Of a stretch of 64,000 nt of DNA, positions 21,859-34,517 are shown piece after piece. Below the pieces are notes generated by a model, which did no database searches, was not told the origin of the DNA, and saw only the letters and a program-made list of their open reading frames with translations. A program made the position numbers and the translations under genes. The DNA comes from a virus: IMG/VR virus record IMGVR_UViG_3300009161_000031, positions 1 through 64,000 of that record; one strand, given 5' to 3'. How positions within the stretch are numbered: position 1 is the stretch's first letter; each line of letters opens with the position of its first letter.

Positions 21859-23060
21859 GGAGAAACCAATGGAACTTGAAGCCTTTGACGCAGACACAGA
21901 CCGTAAGCACTCACTCTACGAACTAGAGCATCTCTCATTCGATGATTTAGTAAATCGTGTGTATGCACTAGAGAATCGACCTAACCTGCCTGATGTAGTT
22001 ATAACAGTAAGAGGCGGGGTAGCGGTAGTTGCAAAATGTCCCGATGAAATCTTTGTCCAAATTATAGATTTAGATTGATATATAGTTATGGAAAACGAAA
22101 AACTAATAAAAATGCGTATCGAAGCGGAAGAAGCATCGGCGTTAGCAGAAACTTATCAAGCGCTCTACGAAACGGCGCTTAAAAAATACTACGCAGCGAA
22201 ATCCGCTACGTACTGGGGACGCGAGATTGACGAGGAGATATAAAATGGCAATGCCCGGAGAAACCATTAATTTAGGCGCACCAAGCACTTGTGAAGATTG
22301 TGGGGTACATGTGCAGCTAGAAGTATTAAGAAGCGCTGCTGGCTCATATATAGGCACTCAATGCAACTGTGGCCCATACTCTAGAGAGTCGGGATACTAT
22401 GCAAACTCTTCAGATGCTAGGGATGCCTTAGAAACAGACACTTGGATTAGGAGATAACATAATGACTGAACCAGAAATTACTTCATGGCCAGTAGGACAG
22501 AAAATAGTAGCAATAAACTACCTACGTCCTTCCATATTTGAGAAAGAAGGATGGGAACAAAGATTGTCACATCCTGGAGTTGAAATAGTATTAGAAGATG
22601 GGTCTGTTCTTTACCCGAGCGCAGATGATGAAGGTAATGGAGTAGGCGCACTATTTGCAATAGATAACTATGAGCGTTCAGTAACTATTCACGGACTAAA
22701 GGAGTAAGATTATGAAAATATTATTTGAGGATTGGTACGAAAGCACAGCAATTACTATTACAGAGATACCATTAAAAGACAGAGCAATGAGAGGATATTG
22801 CCTTACATGGTCAGAGCCATTTAATGAAGATAGCACCGAATATTATTCTTCACTTCCTGTGGTTATGATGAGAGCTGCGGCTTTGATGAAATGTGTTGAA
22901 GTTGAAGGAATGTTCAAGCAAGGCGAGAATGGATTTAACATTATGGCAGATAACTTCTTTAGCAAAACTGTAGAAGGAACTGCTTGTCCAACTTGCCACC
23001 AGAAAGTAAAAGGTGGCCTATAACTTGACATTCTGCGGGCATATGTGAGATACTTTATAT

Positions 23061-23309
23061 ATGAGAGTATGGATAGATCAAGACTTATGTACCGGAGATG
23101 GGCTATGCGTAGAAATAGTGCCACCCGTATTCGTGATGATGGACGACGGATTAGCTTACGTTAAAGAAGACGATAAGATATTTGCTGCTGCCTTAGGGAA
23201 CCCTGAAGGCGCTCTAGGTTTGGCTATCGTACCGGCAGGCTTGGAAGAATCTGTAATAGAAGCAGCCGACGAATGTCCAGGCGAATGCATATTTATCGAA
23301 ACCGATTAA
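23061..23309 (+). CDS. Ferredoxin (single-cluster, actinobacterial type)
   Basis: IDQDLCTGDGLC...ECPGECI. Confidence 0.9.
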   Translation: MRVWIDQDLCTGDGLCVEIVPPVFVMMDDGLAYVKEDDKIFAAALGNPEGALGLAIVPAGLEESVIEAADECPGECIFIETD

Positions 23310-23447
23310 TTTTCTAATAACTTAAAAAGCAAAATTTAATCCGCATTCCATTTCGTGTCACACTTGCTTCCAAGTGAGGTTACTGTAGCAATACAAAAAA
23401 TGGTCGCTGTGATCCGTATTCAAGTTTAAAAAGTTTTCCCCCTCCAT

Positions 23448-23494
23448 GAGGGGAGGGCGTAGCCGTCGAGCGGTTGCTCCCTCCCCCTTTTTTT
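23448..23494 (+). terminator. Rho-independent terminator
   Basis: GC-rich stem GGGGAGGG...CCCTCCCC followed by T7. Confidence 0.75.
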
Positions 23495-23952
23495 GTCTTT
23501 ATTTGTATTGTTCAATAATTAATTTCAATAATTGTTTTTGATAAAAATTTGCAACTTCTATTGCAATATTTATATTCGACATCTAACTTCGAGCTCTATA
23601 GATTAGACATAGATTAGACATAGCACAATTAGCGCAACCGATATCCAAACTGCTATACTAACATCTAACACCCAATCTCTAACCGATAATTATTAAGGAT
23701 AAGAATAATAACTAATAATTAGTTATTATCTTGTCCTTTTTTGTATTTTAAGAAAGGTATAAATATTTTATGAATATATATAAATGTCAATTCTGTGATA
23801 ATCAAGTTTCTGAAGCAAGATTTAATTTAGGATACGAATGGTGTATGACTAAGTTATGTGTTTATAAAGGTCTATATCCAGCAAGACAATCTTATGTGTT
23901 AGTTAATAATCATAAAAGTAATTATGAGCCTATGAGATTAAGGAGATAATGA

Positions 23953-26342
23953 GTGGAATCAGATATAAAGTTATTTGCTAGAGCAATGTTAACAAGTATG
24001 GTTGGTGAGAATAGAAATGAAGATATGGAAATGTTGTTACCAACATTAGAAGATATTTTTGAAGATGCTCAAGAAGCATTAAACTTATTATTTGCAGTAG
24101 TAGATATTACATTGTCTATTGCTTATGGTGCAGCGTATATGCTTGAGTTAGAGCCAACAGAAATATTCAGATTAGAAGCAATAGATAGTATGGAAAAGGA
24201 GATTATAGATAATGGATAATGATGGTGAACTATGTTCAGAGCATGGAGTTCTATTAACTGAAGGTTGTTATTTTTGTGACCCTGATGACTATGTGCAAAT
24301 TGATGGACATTGGATTCAGAAATTTTTAATGTTTGCTCAAGAAGAAATGGAAAACTAAATGGAAAATGAAGACTACTATATTGATGAAAGACCTATAATT
24401 AATTATTGGGATGGGTCTTATTGTATGATATGTCAAGATAATTATGGAGATGCAAATGATACTTGTGTTGAGAATTTTCTTTGTACATATTGTATGACTT
24501 CTATTCGTAATGGAAACATTAAACAAAGAATGACTTTGCTAGAAAAATCGTCATCGCCATCTTTAAATTTAATGGCTAAAAATGTATTGTTTATAATGGA
24601 AAATGGAGAAGATGAATAATGAATTATAGTTTGCAAGAGAGAATAGATAGAGCTGAAGATATTGCTAAGAATATGACTATTAGTAAACGTCATAATTTTG
24701 ATAACGCTAGTCGAGAAGAGTTAATTGGATATATTAATTCTATGGAACATGATTATAGAAGTATTGTTCAAGATTATCAGCAAGTAATTTTGAATATCAA
24801 AATTGATTCTGCTCCCAAAAAAGATATTGGATATAACTTGAACTTTGAGATTCGCACCAATATTGAGATGGATTTAGATCCTATTATTGATAAGATTCTA
24901 AATGTTGTAGATGATGAAAATGTTACATACTTTGACCTAATAACCGTAACACCTAAAAATAAGGAGATAGTATAATGACTATGACACCCGAAGAAATTAA
25001 TGACATTAGAGAAGGTAGACTTATTAATTACAAGCTTTTAAGTACAGATTATCTTGCTAATAAACTTATTGAAATTGAAGATGAGTTGGCTAAGCAAAAA
25101 ACTTATGCTCACGATAGAATAAATAATCTACAGTCAATTGTTTATGATGAGCAAAGGCTTTTTAGAAATTTCAAAGAAGAAGCAGTTACTGTTATTATGG
25201 ATTCAGATGCTCTTGATGATGGTGAAAAAGTTGAACTATTAGAGCAACTTGGTCTTGAGCCTCCTGTTAGAACTTATACTATTAGTTTTACTGTTGAAAT
25301 TGGTCATACTGTTAATATTGATGATGTTGAGTCTAGTATGATTGATGCTGTTTATGGTTGCCAAGATGATGATATTGATATTGATCATTATGATACAAGT
25401 GAGGGATAAGCAATGGCTAATGTGTTAGTGTCTTCTATTGACTCTAAACGAGTTGAGAATATTCTCAAAAAGCATGGAACTCAGTTTAAGGTTATTAGAA
25501 AAGCTGGAGCTTTAGATTTTATTGGTTCTAGTTTTTTAACTAATCAGAATGAGTTTAATATGATTGAGTGTAAATGTTGTGAACCGCCTGTTGGTTATTG
25601 GGTTTCACATAATGAGGCTAAAATTACTTATGAGACTGGAGAAAATTATAATGACAAGTAATAAAGATAATAATCTTAATGAATGGGCTAAAGATAGCAT
25701 TGCTACTGCAGATATTATTGCTAAAATGCATATCAATAATGATGCAGCAGAGCGTAGGTTTAATAATTTTCTTATTGACAATGTTGCCTGTAATAGGCGT
25801 ATAGATGAGATAACTCGTAGAGATATTATGGAAGCATCAAATGTAGATATTCCTAAGCAGGGTTTTCTAATTACATATAGTATTGAATGTAGTTGGGATA
25901 CAGACCCATCTAAGAAAGAAGAAATTATAGAAAAATTGAATGATGCTGTTATCGATCTTCATTTAGATGAGATATATGAAATTCTAATAGAAGATGTTAC
26001 GCCATTTGAAGGTTGGTCAGAATCAGCAATATCTAATAGTGATTTGATTCAATAATGACTTTAAGTAATTATCCCCCAGGAATGAAAGATAGTGATATTC
26101 CAGGTTGGTTTGATATTGAGAAAGAGATAGAGGGTAATTGTGAGTCTTGTGGTTTTGAGGGTTCTCAATTTGTTACTACTGATAATGACCCATCTAAATC
26201 TACTCATCTTTATGAATGGGAATGCCCTAAGTGTGGAGTAATTACTGAGGGTGAAGAAGATGATGATATGGAATATGATGGTGGAGATTTTGATGATGAT
26301 GTCAAAGTTCCTAGAAGTTGGTCTAATAATGATTGGATTTAA
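23953..26342 (+). other. Cluster of about 8 small acidic hypothetical ORFs
   Basis: Coupled ORFs with RBSs (23953, 24359, 24619, 24975, 25413, ~25651, 26055); several CxxC pairs. Confidence 0.55.
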
Positions 26343-27211
26343 TAGATATGTTATCTAATTTAAATGCAAGACATATAACTGATATATCTACTGCTAAAGA
26401 GATATATACAGAAGTGCGTAAAGATTGTGGCTTTAAAGAATCTAATGGTAGTTGGGTTACTCCTCCTGCTAGTTCTCATAAGTTTAGTCATACATTATTT
26501 CCTACATATGGTTGGTCTGGTTTGCCTAATACATTATCTAGTCGTATGGCTAAAGACTTAGGTTTATTAAATAAATATCCTAGTCTGCGTGGACTTAATA
26601 CTTGTGGTAATAATTCTACTGAATGTACTAAATTGTGTATTAATTTGTCAGGGTCTGGAGTTTATCCTGCTGTTCAGAAGTCACGATTGGCTAGAACTAT
26701 TGTGTTTGCTGAATATTTTGATGCATCTATATCTTTAACTATTAATGCTATTGATAAGATGTTGAGGAAGCATACAGATGTAGCATATAGACCTGATGTT
26801 TTTACTGACACTAGGTGGGAAGATAAATATCCTGAGTTATTTGATATGTATCCTACTGTTAATTTCTATGGTTACACTAAGCATTGGGATAGGGTTCCAA
26901 ATCCAGCTCCTAATTATAGTTTGACTTTTTCTGCTGATGAGCGTAGAAGTTTATCTGAGATTAGAGATAAAGTATCTCAAGGTCATAATGTTGCTGTAGT
27001 AGTAGATATTAAATCTAAATCTCCAAAGCCTGATATTTGGGCTGGAATGAATGCTGTTGATGGTGATGACCCTATTAGAGGAGATTCAAGATTTTTAGAC
27101 CCTAAAGGAGTTGTTGTTCTTTTATCGCCTAAAGGTAAAGCAAGACATTTAAAGCATAGAGATTCTAAATTTATTTGGCCGGTTAATCCTGAATTAAATG
27201 GAAGAGGTTGA
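26333..27211 (+). CDS. Phage Gp88-like protein (Cys cluster)
   Basis: NTC....EC..LC; RPDVFTD..W; FYGYTK; NYSLTFS; VDGD...D.RFLD. Confidence 0.65.
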   Translation: MDLIDMLSNLNARHITDISTAKEIYTEVRKDCGFKESNGSWVTPPASSHKFSHTLFPTYGWSGLPNTLSSRMAKDLGLLNKYPSLRGLNTCGNNSTECTKLCINLSGSGVYPAVQKSRLARTIVFAEYFDASISLTINAIDKMLRKHTDVAYRPDVFTDTRWEDKYPELFDMYPTVNFYGYTKHWDRVPNPAPNYSLTFSADERRSLSEIRDKVSQGHNVAVVVDIKSKSPKPDIWAGMNAVDGDDPIRGDSRFLDPKGVVVLLSPKGKARHLKHRDSKFIWPVNPELNGRG

Positions 27212-27212
27212 T

Positions 27213-28715
27213 ATGACAAAATATATTCGCTTTAGCAATGAAGCAAATGATGTACCTAGAATTCGTTTGGAGAAGATGGGGATATCTTCTAAACGTGGTG
27301 ATGAGAATACTGTTGGACAATTTGGTTCAGGTGCAAAATTGGCTCCTGTTGCTGCTGTTCGTAAAGGTTGGGAATGGATTTGCCTTGGTACAGATGTTAG
27401 AGGTAATTATAAGTTAGAGTATGTCTCTAAAGAAGTTGATGGTTATGATATTGTTTACTATCGTTATACTGATAATATTGGTACAGATAATGAGATAGTT
27501 ACAGATATTCCATCTTCTTTTTCTCTTGATGCTGGTATATTGTCTTGGGATACTAATTTCCAGATATATCGTGAAGCATTTGCTAATGCTTTTGATGCGT
27601 TTACAGAGTTTGATGCTCAATATACTATTGATGTTGTTGATGAAGTTGTGTTTAGACCTGGATATTTTGAGGTATATTTAACTGCTTCTGATGAACTATT
27701 AGATATTTATAACAATCAAGATGTATATTTTAAGCATGATGCTATTGCTGATTATGTTGTGCCTGAGCATAGTTATGGCGCTCGTGGTGCCAAACTATAT
27801 AAAAATTATTATATGCCAACTGAAAATGATTCGCACGAAGAAATTATCTTTGACAAAGAATCTAAGTTATATGGTAAAGCTGGCATTTGGGTAGGCGATA
27901 TAATGCACGAATTTTCTTTATTCTCATATCAGTATAACGATTTTACTTTAAATGAAGAAAGACGTTTGTCTCAACCATATCAAGTAGATTCACTTATTAC
28001 TGCTTGTTTAAAAAATCTTGATGATATGAGTATCATTTCTGAGATTATAAAAATTGACTCTATGGATATAGACACTATCTCAGTTAAAGAGTTTGATATG
28101 CCAAGTTATCTCTTTAATGGTATAGATAGCAGCAATGCGTGGGGTGATACATTTAAATCAATGTATGGAGATAAATGTGTCCCATTATGTCAAAGTTCAA
28201 GTACGGGACTATTCTCAAGTGAAATTATTATCAAGTTAAATATGCGAAACTACACTCATAAAGAAATTACTACTGAAGCAGTCTACGATTTAATTACAGG
28301 TAGTCACCCTATGATAGAGCAAACAGTTAGTGCTGTTCTTGGAGTTGATGCAGATTTTGATATTGTAGATAGTCTTCCAAATAGCCTACAAACAATATTT
28401 GATAAAGCATTGAAAATTGTTAATACATATGAAAATATGCCTAGCAATCTAGATATAAAAGTGTTTGATAATAGAGGATATCAAGAGAAATTAATGGGAA
28501 TATATATACCACCAAAAATTGGTGCGGATAATGAGCGTATTCTTCTTTCTCTATTGACATTAGAAGCTGGAATAGAGTCTACTGTAACTACTTTAATTCA
28601 TGAAATAGATCATCTAGTTACTGGACATTCAGATACCGATAGAGAATTCCGTGATGTTGCAGATAGGCGCATAGGTAGACTTATTATGCGTCTAGCGGAA
28701 GTAGATAACATATAA
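27213..28715 (+). CDS. GHKL-type ATPase-like N-terminal domain fused to HExxH metalloprotease-like C-terminus
   Basis: MGISSK...VGQFGSGAK; REAFANAFD; TLIHEIDHL..GHSD. Confidence 0.55.
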   Translation: MTKYIRFSNEANDVPRIRLEKMGISSKRGDENTVGQFGSGAKLAPVAAVRKGWEWICLGTDVRGNYKLEYVSKEVDGYDIVYYRYTDNIGTDNEIVTDIPSSFSLDAGILSWDTNFQIYREAFANAFDAFTEFDAQYTIDVVDEVVFRPGYFEVYLTASDELLDIYNNQDVYFKHDAIADYVVPEHSYGARGAKLYKNYYMPTENDSHEEIIFDKESKLYGKAGIWVGDIMHEFSLFSYQYNDFTLNEERRLSQPYQVDSLITACLKNLDDMSIISEIIKIDSMDIDTISVKEFDMPSYLFNGIDSSNAWGDTFKSMYGDKCVPLCQSSSTGLFSSEIIIKLNMRNYTHKEITTEAVYDLITGSHPMIEQTVSAVLGVDADFDIVDSLPNSLQTIFDKALKIVNTYENMPSNLDIKVFDNRGYQEKLMGIYIPPKIGADNERILLSLLTLEAGIESTVTTLIHEIDHLVTGHSDTDREFRDVADRRIGRLIMRLAEVDNI

Positions 28716-30906
28716 ACATTACTGATATACTTATTTCATTATATTCAAAAATATATAACAGAATTGGTGGTATCAGTAATGAATGTAGGCATATTTTTTA
28801 GATATTTGTTTGTAGGAATTTTGCTATTCTTTGCAGCTGGATTATCTATATCTATTCTAGTTATAGGTTGGCCATTGTTTCTATTGCTATTGTTTATATG
28901 AGAGGTATAAAATGTCACAAGAAAAAAATTATTGGGTAGTAGAATATAGGTTTCCTATTGTAGTAGGAGAAGCGGCTTCTGTTGAAGAAGCAGCAAAAAC
29001 AGCGAAAGAAAGTTTCTCTAAGGAATTTGGATTTAAGCCATCTTCTTGGTATACCAGAGTATTTGAGTATGGCCCATCGTTAGATATTGTTGGTCCAATT
29101 AATGAATATTTCTGTAATCCTACTGGAGCAACTTTTAGGATATTAGATAAGAATGATGAAGCACACGGAAGAATGTATCACGAATCAGTTGATGGAGAAA
29201 ATGATAATGAATGATGAAATGATCGATGTAGAAAAAATGGATCATAAGATTGCTAGAAATAGTGCAATTCTTAAATTGGCTAATGACGGAGTATCTTATA
29301 CAGATATTGGAAAGCAGTTTAATTTAACTAAGGCTAGGGTATCTCAAATTGCTATAGATGCTGGATATAAGAAACGAACTAAAGCAGTAAAAGATATTAA
29401 TCTAACTGATGAAGTTATAGCCTCTTAAATATATTCCAGATTAGAGTCATAATGAGACTAAAGTTGCTGGGCGTTAGATATTATCGAAAATATCATTTCA
29501 TAATATCTAGCGCCCACACTTTATCGGCCAATAGCTGGACTTAAATCTTAATCTAAACAACAACACTTATAGATTAGATAGAGCACAATTAGACACACAA
29601 ATAGCATTTGTGATAGTGTTCCTGTTATCGTAACATTAGTCCCTACAGAAAGAGTCAATTATGAGTGAAGTTATTATTTCTAATAATATTGAAGATTATA
29701 AAAAATATATTGGAATTACATTACGCAATAAATCTGGTTTTCCTATTGCCAATATTGTTGATGTTATTTCTTACACTAATACTTGGAATGTTAATAAAGC
29801 AGTATTTGTGTTAGATAACGGCAAAAAGGTATTTGTTAATAATACAAAAATGGCTAGGCGTATTCGTTCAGTTAATACTGCGATGAAAGTATCGAGAAAA
29901 GTATCTGTTCACGATACAGTTTGTAATCGCACTTTAGATGTTAGTTCACCTTTTGCTATTGGTAAAAGTTTTTACAGAGATGGTGAATATGTTGGAACTA
30001 TTGTTTCTAAAGGTTGTGACGATAAAGGTTCTTATGTTCAGTTAAATAATGGACATAAGATTTCTACTGTTAATTCATCAAAAGATGAGTTTATTGACCC
30101 ACTATTGTTTGAGAATGGAGATGATTACTAATAATGAAAATACCTATGGAAGATAGAGTTGAAGAAGTATTAATCAGATTAACATTGTCTGATGTATTAG
30201 GCATTGCTGCTTTGATTGATGAAAAAGTAATAAATCAAAGAAACAACAATGAAGATATAAAAGACATTATGCCTAATATGAAACTATGGCATAAAATTGT
30301 TCCTGATTATTTAAAATTAGACGATTAGAAAAGAGGCGATTAATAATGAAAATAATTAAACATTCAGAACGCATTGTTGATGAATTCAATAATGTTGATT
30401 ACACTGATGCTATTGGTGAGTGTGATGATTGTAAATCAGAAGTTCATTTATTTCAAGATGAAATGACAATTGTTTGTCCATTATGTCTTGCTAGTTACAA
30501 TGTGTTTGGACAAAGATTGAAAGAACAGTTTACTCCAGATGTTTACGATAGAGGAGAAGATGACTAATGCCTAATGTTAATGAAACAGACTTTCTGATTA
30601 TTAAAGATGATGGAACTATCATTACCAAATCAGATACTTATAATATAGATGTTTATCCAAAAGATGCTGAAGAAGAATTAATTTATAATTCTGATTTTAC
30701 TTCTACTAGTGATGAAAAAGCAATTAAGTATGGACAAAAAAATGCTGTTAGATATATAGATAGTCTATGGCTTAATGATTATGATATGTATACTTTAGAG
30801 TTTAAAGTTACTAATTATGTATGGAGCTCAGAAAAAGGCTATTCTCTTGGTAGTAGAATAGTTCATTGTGGTATGTTAATGGATGGCGTAACCGAAAGGG
30901 ATTTTA

Positions 30907-31419
30907 GTGAGTATATGTAAAAATTGTAACTTAGAGACTGTTGGTAAATCTAAATATTGTGCTGAGCATAAAGTAATTGCTCATAAAGCATTTAATGAAA
31001 TGATTGCCTCTAAAAAGAATGATAAAGAAACTCAGTTGAAAGATTATCAAAATCTTTTGGATAGTGCTATTACTGCTGGTGAGATTGCTGCTAGTAATTG
31101 TGTTCCTAAACCAATGATTGTTGTTCAAAGAGAATCAGTTTGGGATGATAATTCTCCCATTGTTGAAGTTTTTGAACCTGTTATGGGTGGAGTTTGTGGG
31201 TTTGCTTGGGTTACGATTAAACCTGCTAATTCTGCTTTTGCTAACTTTATAAAGAAGCAAACTTATATTCAGTCTCATAAAGCCTATAAGGGTGGACTTA
31301 GTATTTGGGTTAGTGCTTATGGTCAAAGTATGGAATTAAAGCAGGCTTTTGCTAGTGCGTTTGCTAAAGTTCTTAAAGATGCCGGTATTAATGCTTATTC
31401 AGAATCGAGGATGGATTAA
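30907..31419 (+). CDS. Conserved phage hypothetical protein
   Basis: GVCGFAWV...QSMELK.AFA.AFA.VL...GI.A..ESRMD. Confidence 0.55.
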   Translation: MSICKNCNLETVGKSKYCAEHKVIAHKAFNEMIASKKNDKETQLKDYQNLLDSAITAGEIAASNCVPKPMIVVQRESVWDDNSPIVEVFEPVMGGVCGFAWVTIKPANSAFANFIKKQTYIQSHKAYKGGLSIWVSAYGQSMELKQAFASAFAKVLKDAGINAYSESRMD

Positions 31420-32211
31420 TTATGAGTAATACAGGAAAAATATTTATTGGTGGTCAAGGTGAGTTTATAGTTGGTGAAACCTTTACTTCTGCTGATGAGT
31501 GGTGGTTAAGTCAAACTGTTATTGCTACCGTTAGAGGTGGGAAATGGCTTGATACTATTGTTCCTGATTGGGAATTTAAAATTAATATTGATAACCTTGA
31601 CCTTTCTGACCCAAAAATGTGTATTGCTGGTCAGTTGTTTATGGATAAAGTAAGTAGTGTTACTAATGGATATGTTATTTACGATTGTAATAATGGTTTT
31701 GATTATGCATCACGCCTTTTGGCTAACAATCAAGTTGATGTTGAAAGTGATGATTTTTTAGACAGCGACATTGAACTTGAGAATAAAGCCTGTTATTACG
31801 GTTTTGAAGATTATGTTAATGGTCTTAGAGATGTTGAAGAATATGATGGTGATTTCTATGACGAATATCAAGACTATGTTCTTCCTACAGAGAAAGAAAC
31901 TATTGAAGTTTCTGAAGTAGAGAAAATGTTTGAGTCTGGATATAATCCTTGGGCTTATTCTGATTACAGTGTTTTTCAAAAATCTAATGATAGATATGAA
32001 GAACTTGCCAAACTATGGATTGCCCTTATTATTACAAAACGAAAACTTAAAGGAGTTAGATAATGCCAGCATTTCCTAATAAACTAATTGAGCAGAAAAA
32101 AGATAATAACGATAAAGTTATTTCAGAAGTTTGGGAAACTCCTTGGGGTACTCTTACTTTTGATTTTATTAAGAATGTATCTAAACTCGATAAAGAAACG
32201 GAGTATAAGTA

Positions 32212-32538
32212 ATGCCTATTATTTATAAAGACTTTTATGATGTATCTTTGCCTAGTCGTAAAGATGTTTGCTATAGGTGTAGTGGTAATGGTTCTATTGC
32301 TAATCCTGTTTATGATGGTATGAGTGTTGCAACTATTGTTGAGAATGACCCTTATGATGAGACTGGTTTTTTAACTATGTATGCTAAGGGTGATTTGAAT
32401 ATTGTTTGTGATGTTTGTTTAGGTCAGAATGTTATTGATTCTCCTGACTTTGATTCTTTTACTAAAGAAGAGTTTGAGCTTTGGAGTGATGCTGAAGAAC
32501 GTAATTACCAATCACAACAGGCAAATCTAGAGTATTAA
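32212..32538 (+). CDS. DnaJ-type zinc-finger-like protein
   Basis: CYRCSGNG...CDVCLG. Confidence 0.45.
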   Translation: MPIIYKDFYDVSLPSRKDVCYRCSGNGSIANPVYDGMSVATIVENDPYDETGFLTMYAKGDLNIVCDVCLGQNVIDSPDFDSFTKEEFELWSDAEERNYQSQQANLEY

Positions 32539-32545
32539 CATAAAA

Positions 32546-32617
32546 GTCCCTATCGTCTAACGGTTAGGACATTAGACTTTCAATCTGAAAATAGGAGTTC
32601 GATTCTCCTTAGGGATG
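32546..32617 (+). tRNA. tRNA-Glu (TTC)
   Basis: Acceptor GTCCCTA/TAGGGAT; anticodon loop CTTTCAA; T-loop GTTCGATT. Confidence 0.9.
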
Positions 32618-33020
32618 CTGTAATTATTAACCAAACAATGAAAGGAAGTGATATGGAATCTGAAATTGTATATTCTATATATCCAAAAAATAAACAATAT
32701 CCAGATGTTTATTGTGACAATTGTAATGAGTATATGCCTAGAGATGATACTGAGAATTTACCTCAGGCTTTAGGTATTGTATTTGTTGGTGGATATGGTT
32801 GGTTTATTGACTCTTTAGTTAGCAATCTTGAAGCCACTATTTGTTTCAAATGCATTATGGTATTGAAAAATTCAATGCCAGGTCTATTTAAAGTACTTAT
32901 TAGTGATGGCATTGATATGTCTAGTGGTCACGTTCATAATGGTGAGTATTCTAGTGTTAATTATATGGACTGTTTAGAATGTTCTATCAGTCGTCACCCG
33001 TCTAATGGAGGTAAATAGTA

Positions 33021-33581
33021 ATGCCTAATTGGTGTGAGAATACAGTATCTATTTTTGGTTCTAAGGAAGTATTAGAATCTGTTATGGAGTTTGTTAAGCC
33101 TAATGCTTCTAATATGGCTGTATTAGATGAGGCTGAGCCAAGTGCTATGTCTTTGCAGTCAATATTTCCAATGGACACTGAGTTACTTAATGGAGATGCT
33201 TTTACTTCTGATAGTACGGGTTGGTATGATTGGAGAGTTGAGAATTGGGGTACTAAATGGGATATAAAAGCAGAAGCAAGTGAATTACATTCATATCAAG
33301 GTGTTTATTCTGTAGATTATACTTTCGATAGTGCTTGGGCTCCACCTACTGAAGTGTTTGTTAAGTTGTCTAAAACATTTCCAGAAATAGTAATTCATTT
33401 ATCTTATGATGAACCTGGAATGGACTTTTCAGGTTATGCTGTTATAAGTAACGATGAAATTTTTGAAGAACAGCAATTCGACAATAGTTATCAAAGTATG
33501 TCTGTTTGGTTAGATGCTTATAGGTGTATGGAATATACAGATTTAAACCTTGATGAAATTATTAATGGAAAGGTTGAGTAA
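33021..33581 (+). CDS. YubB/DUF1281-like ferredoxin-fold protein
   Basis: MPNWCEN; WYDWRVENWGTKWD; FDSAWAPP; YDEPG. Confidence 0.75.
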   Translation: MPNWCENTVSIFGSKEVLESVMEFVKPNASNMAVLDEAEPSAMSLQSIFPMDTELLNGDAFTSDSTGWYDWRVENWGTKWDIKAEASELHSYQGVYSVDYTFDSAWAPPTEVFVKLSKTFPEIVIHLSYDEPGMDFSGYAVISNDEIFEEQQFDNSYQSMSVWLDAYRCMEYTDLNLDEIINGKVE

Positions 33582-34252
33582 TGGGATACAATGTTAGAAT
33601 TGAAGAATCTACTTTCAATATTCCTCATTTTTATTTAGACAAGGCTTATAAAGCAATGTGTGATTTAAATAAAGATAATAGTAAGAAACGTGGTGGTTCT
33701 GGTAATATTCTTGAGCTTCAGAAAAGCAATGAGTATAGTGATAGTATTTGGTTTGCTTTTATGGTTCCTGATTATCCTAATCATTATGCTAATGCTGCTG
33801 ATATCTTTTATTCTTTGGGGTTTGATATAACTCTAGATTTAAGAGGATTGAATATTATTGGCTATGACAATAAACAAGGTCAGGAAGATTTATTTCTAGA
33901 AGCAGTTGCTCCATATGCTAATGGTTTTATTATCTGGAGAGGTGAAGATGGTGAAGTTTGGCGTAACGTATTTTCAGATAATAAGTTATTGACTCAACCA
34001 TCTGAGTTAACATTTGTTGTTGATAAAGAAATGGTTTATAATCATTGGTATTATGATTCTGTTACTGTTACTCTTGTTGCTGACTATTTTACTTTGACTA
34101 CTACAGTAAACATAGATACGCATAGTAATGTTGATGAAGAACATAGTGTTGAAGATTATATCTTTGAAGAAGTATGTCGTCAGTTAAAAAGTGAATATGG
34201 TTTTGATGTTACATATTCTATGATTAACGATATTGAGTATTCTTTTGAGTAG
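33581..34252 (+). CDS. Conserved phage hypothetical protein
   Basis: MGY...; YDNKQGQEDLFL..VAPY...WRGEDGEVW. Confidence 0.5.
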   Translation: MGYNVRIEESTFNIPHFYLDKAYKAMCDLNKDNSKKRGGSGNILELQKSNEYSDSIWFAFMVPDYPNHYANAADIFYSLGFDITLDLRGLNIIGYDNKQGQEDLFLEAVAPYANGFIIWRGEDGEVWRNVFSDNKLLTQPSELTFVVDKEMVYNHWYYDSVTVTLVADYFTLTTTVNIDTHSNVDEEHSVEDYIFEEVCRQLKSEYGFDVTYSMINDIEYSFE

Positions 34253-34262
34253 CCATCACAAT

Positions 34263-34517
34263 ATGGGTTCTAAAGATAGAAGAAAACGTAGGTCTGCTTT
34301 GTTAAAACAAGATGGTAACATATGTTTCTATTGTAGAGAAATCAAATCTAAAGATAGTTTACAAATGGATCATGTTATTCCTAGGTCTAAAGGTGGGAGT
34401 AATGGTATGGATAATCTAGTTTTATGTTGTAGAGAGTGTAATACTCTTAAAGCAGATAGTTTTATGTCCGCAAATGAAATCCAACAAAAGAAAAGAGAAT
34501 CAGAATGGAAAATGTAG
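34263..34517 (+). CDS. HNH endonuclease
   Basis: CFYC...DHVIPRSKGG...NLVLCCRECN. Confidence 0.88.
   Translation: MGSKDRRKRRSALLKQDGNICFYCREIKSKDSLQMDHVIPRSKGGSNGMDNLVLCCRECNTLKADSFMSANEIQQKKRESEWKM

Noticed and set aside
23341-23420. Possible ncRNA between the ferredoxin and its terminator
   Set aside because: Only two short hairpins (CACTTG/CAAGTG, TGTA/TACA); too little support
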